From an uncultured Phycisphaerales bacterium (GTDB lineage: Bacteria > Planctomycetota > Phycisphaerae > Tepidisphaerales > Tepidisphaeraceae), in contig CAWJPJ010000005.1 in the NCBI GenBank assembly GCA_963844715.1, forward strand, positions 96,001 through 160,000: a stretch of 64,000 nt of DNA. The letters are read 5' to 3'. The notes beneath the pieces were generated by a model. That model saw only the letters and a program-made list of their open reading frames with translations. It was not told the DNA's origin and searched no databases. The first letter of the stretch is position 1. Each line of letters opens with the position of its first letter. Positions 62,524 to 64,000 of this stretch are shown here, piece after piece. Both the position numbers and the translations under genes were made by a program.

Positions 62524-63992
62524 TCACTGGCTGTTTATCATCGACTGATTCGTTCCGAGCTTGTGCCGGCAGGGCGATCCAGAAGGCTGCGCCTTGTCCG
62601 GGTTTGGATTCGATCCAGAGTCGGCCGCCGTGCATCTTGATAATGCGGACGACGATCGCCAGACCCATGCCGCTGCCTTCCTTGTCGGTTCGCAGGCGCC
62701 GGAACGGCTGGAGAATCTGGGCGTGATGAGCGGGATCGATTCCGTTGCCGTTGTCTCGTACAAAGATTCGATGCTCTTTCGCGTCGCTGACTGCTCCAAT
62801 GGCAATGCGGGGTTGGATTGTCGCACCCGTATTTCATGGCATTGGTAATGAGATTTTCGAAGACTTCGGTCAGCCAATGGGCGTCGGCGCGAACCATGGG
62901 GAGGTTGGATTCGATCTCAAGGGTGGCGCCGATCTTCTGGAGCCGGGGTTTGAATTCCTCGCCAATGGAACGGATCACGGAATTGGTGTCGACATCGGTC
63001 AATTCGAATCGCACTTTTCCGATTCGGCTCAGGTTCAGCAGGTCTTCGATGAGCTGCCGCATGCGGGTCATCGAGCGTTCGATGCGATTGACGGTGTCCT
63101 TCGTTTGCTCGACGCGGCCCGCCTGGAGATCTTCGCGAAGCACGCCGGCCAGGCCAAGGCAGGTCACCACCGGACTCTTGAGGTCATGCGAAACAGTGTT
63201 GAGAAACTGCTCCATTTCCTCGTTCTTGGCTGCCAGCTCGGCGGTGCGCAGCTCGATGACGCCTTCGAGTTCGGCATGCACTTGCCGCAGCTCGAGTTCG
63301 GTTCGGCGGCGTTGGACGATCTCGTGCTGCAATTCAGCGGGGCTGCGAAGCTTGAGGGCCTGGGGCGCCAGGGGAATGAGAACGCCGGCGGTGGCCAGGG
63401 AGATGACGGCGGCGGCCGCCTTGGTCAAGCCTGTGAGCCGATAGGCGGGCCACCAGAACATCAGGGAATCCAACAAGTGGGTCATCCCGCCGGCGAAAAT
63501 GAAAAGCGCGAGCAGCCAAAAGAGTTTGGCGTAGGGAATCCCGGGCCGCTTTCGGCAGAGATATATCACGGCTCCTGATATCAAGAAGTACGCGATTGAA
63601 ATGGCGAAATCGGACGTGATATGCAGCCAGACATGACCGGTGGTCCAGTTTTCACTCTGCCAGCGCGGTTGAAAAGCCGTCGTGTCGAGCGCGTTGCGAA
63701 TGAACGTGATGGCGGAGTTGCCGGCGTCGGCGAGGCCGAGGCGCCCAATTTCCAACTGGACGTGAGTCGGAGCGACCGTCACGGGCGATCCGTGCGCGCC
63801 AGAGCCGGAGGAAAGTGCGGCGGACAGGCCTACCATAAAGGCGATGATCCGCGCGATGCCTCGTATCGGCGGCAAATGGCGGCGAAATAATTCTCCGACC
63901 CCAATCATGTAGGTGCTTCTCAGGACCGTCTCAACTCGATCTACGCCGTGCTCGCTCCCTCTTCGGCAAGCCGATTCTCGATCGCCCCGCAA
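62524..63992 (-). CDS. Sensor histidine kinase with ethylene-receptor-like TM domain (frameshift near 62800; start uncertain)
   Basis: SDFAISIAYFLI...FIFAGGMTHLL; SHDLKSP; NAMKY; GMGLAIV in next frame. Confidence 0.88.
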
Positions 63993-64000
63993 ATTGCGGC

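Overview
High-GC bacterial chromosomal segment, probably from a flagellated Planctomycetota (Phycisphaerae-like). The taxon is inferred from protein style and gene content. Many conserved genes are split by single-base frameshifts, which most likely reflects uncorrected sequencing indels. In order, the window holds: an SDR, a DUF932-like gene, higBA and phzF; a flagellar cluster (flgFGAHIJNKL-fliW-csrA plus three flagellins) with sigma54 and sigma28-like promoters; HDOD, PilZ-like, GT2, MFS and oxidoreductase genes; a sahR-ahcY unit interrupted by a repeat-flanked GxxExxY nuclease gene; TA pairs; rpsO-pnp; an ABC transporter; a PPIase; Stealth, PEP-CTERM and msrB genes; hrpB; a kaiC-kaiB-kaiB-hybrid kinase cluster; an esterase and an aminopeptidase; an integrase remnant, an IS5 element and tRNA-Val(CAC); and a signalling cluster. 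The top observation is a ~345-nt non-coding region between flgL and fliW. It follows a consensus sigma54 promoter and holds about 11 short hairpins with GGA in the loop, i.e. a CsrB/RsmZ-like CsrA-binding array in front of fliW-csrA-flagellin. The second is a GxxExxY gene flanked by periodic hairpin repeats that also occur solo. Other REP-like palindromes are present, two of them in-frame inside genes.
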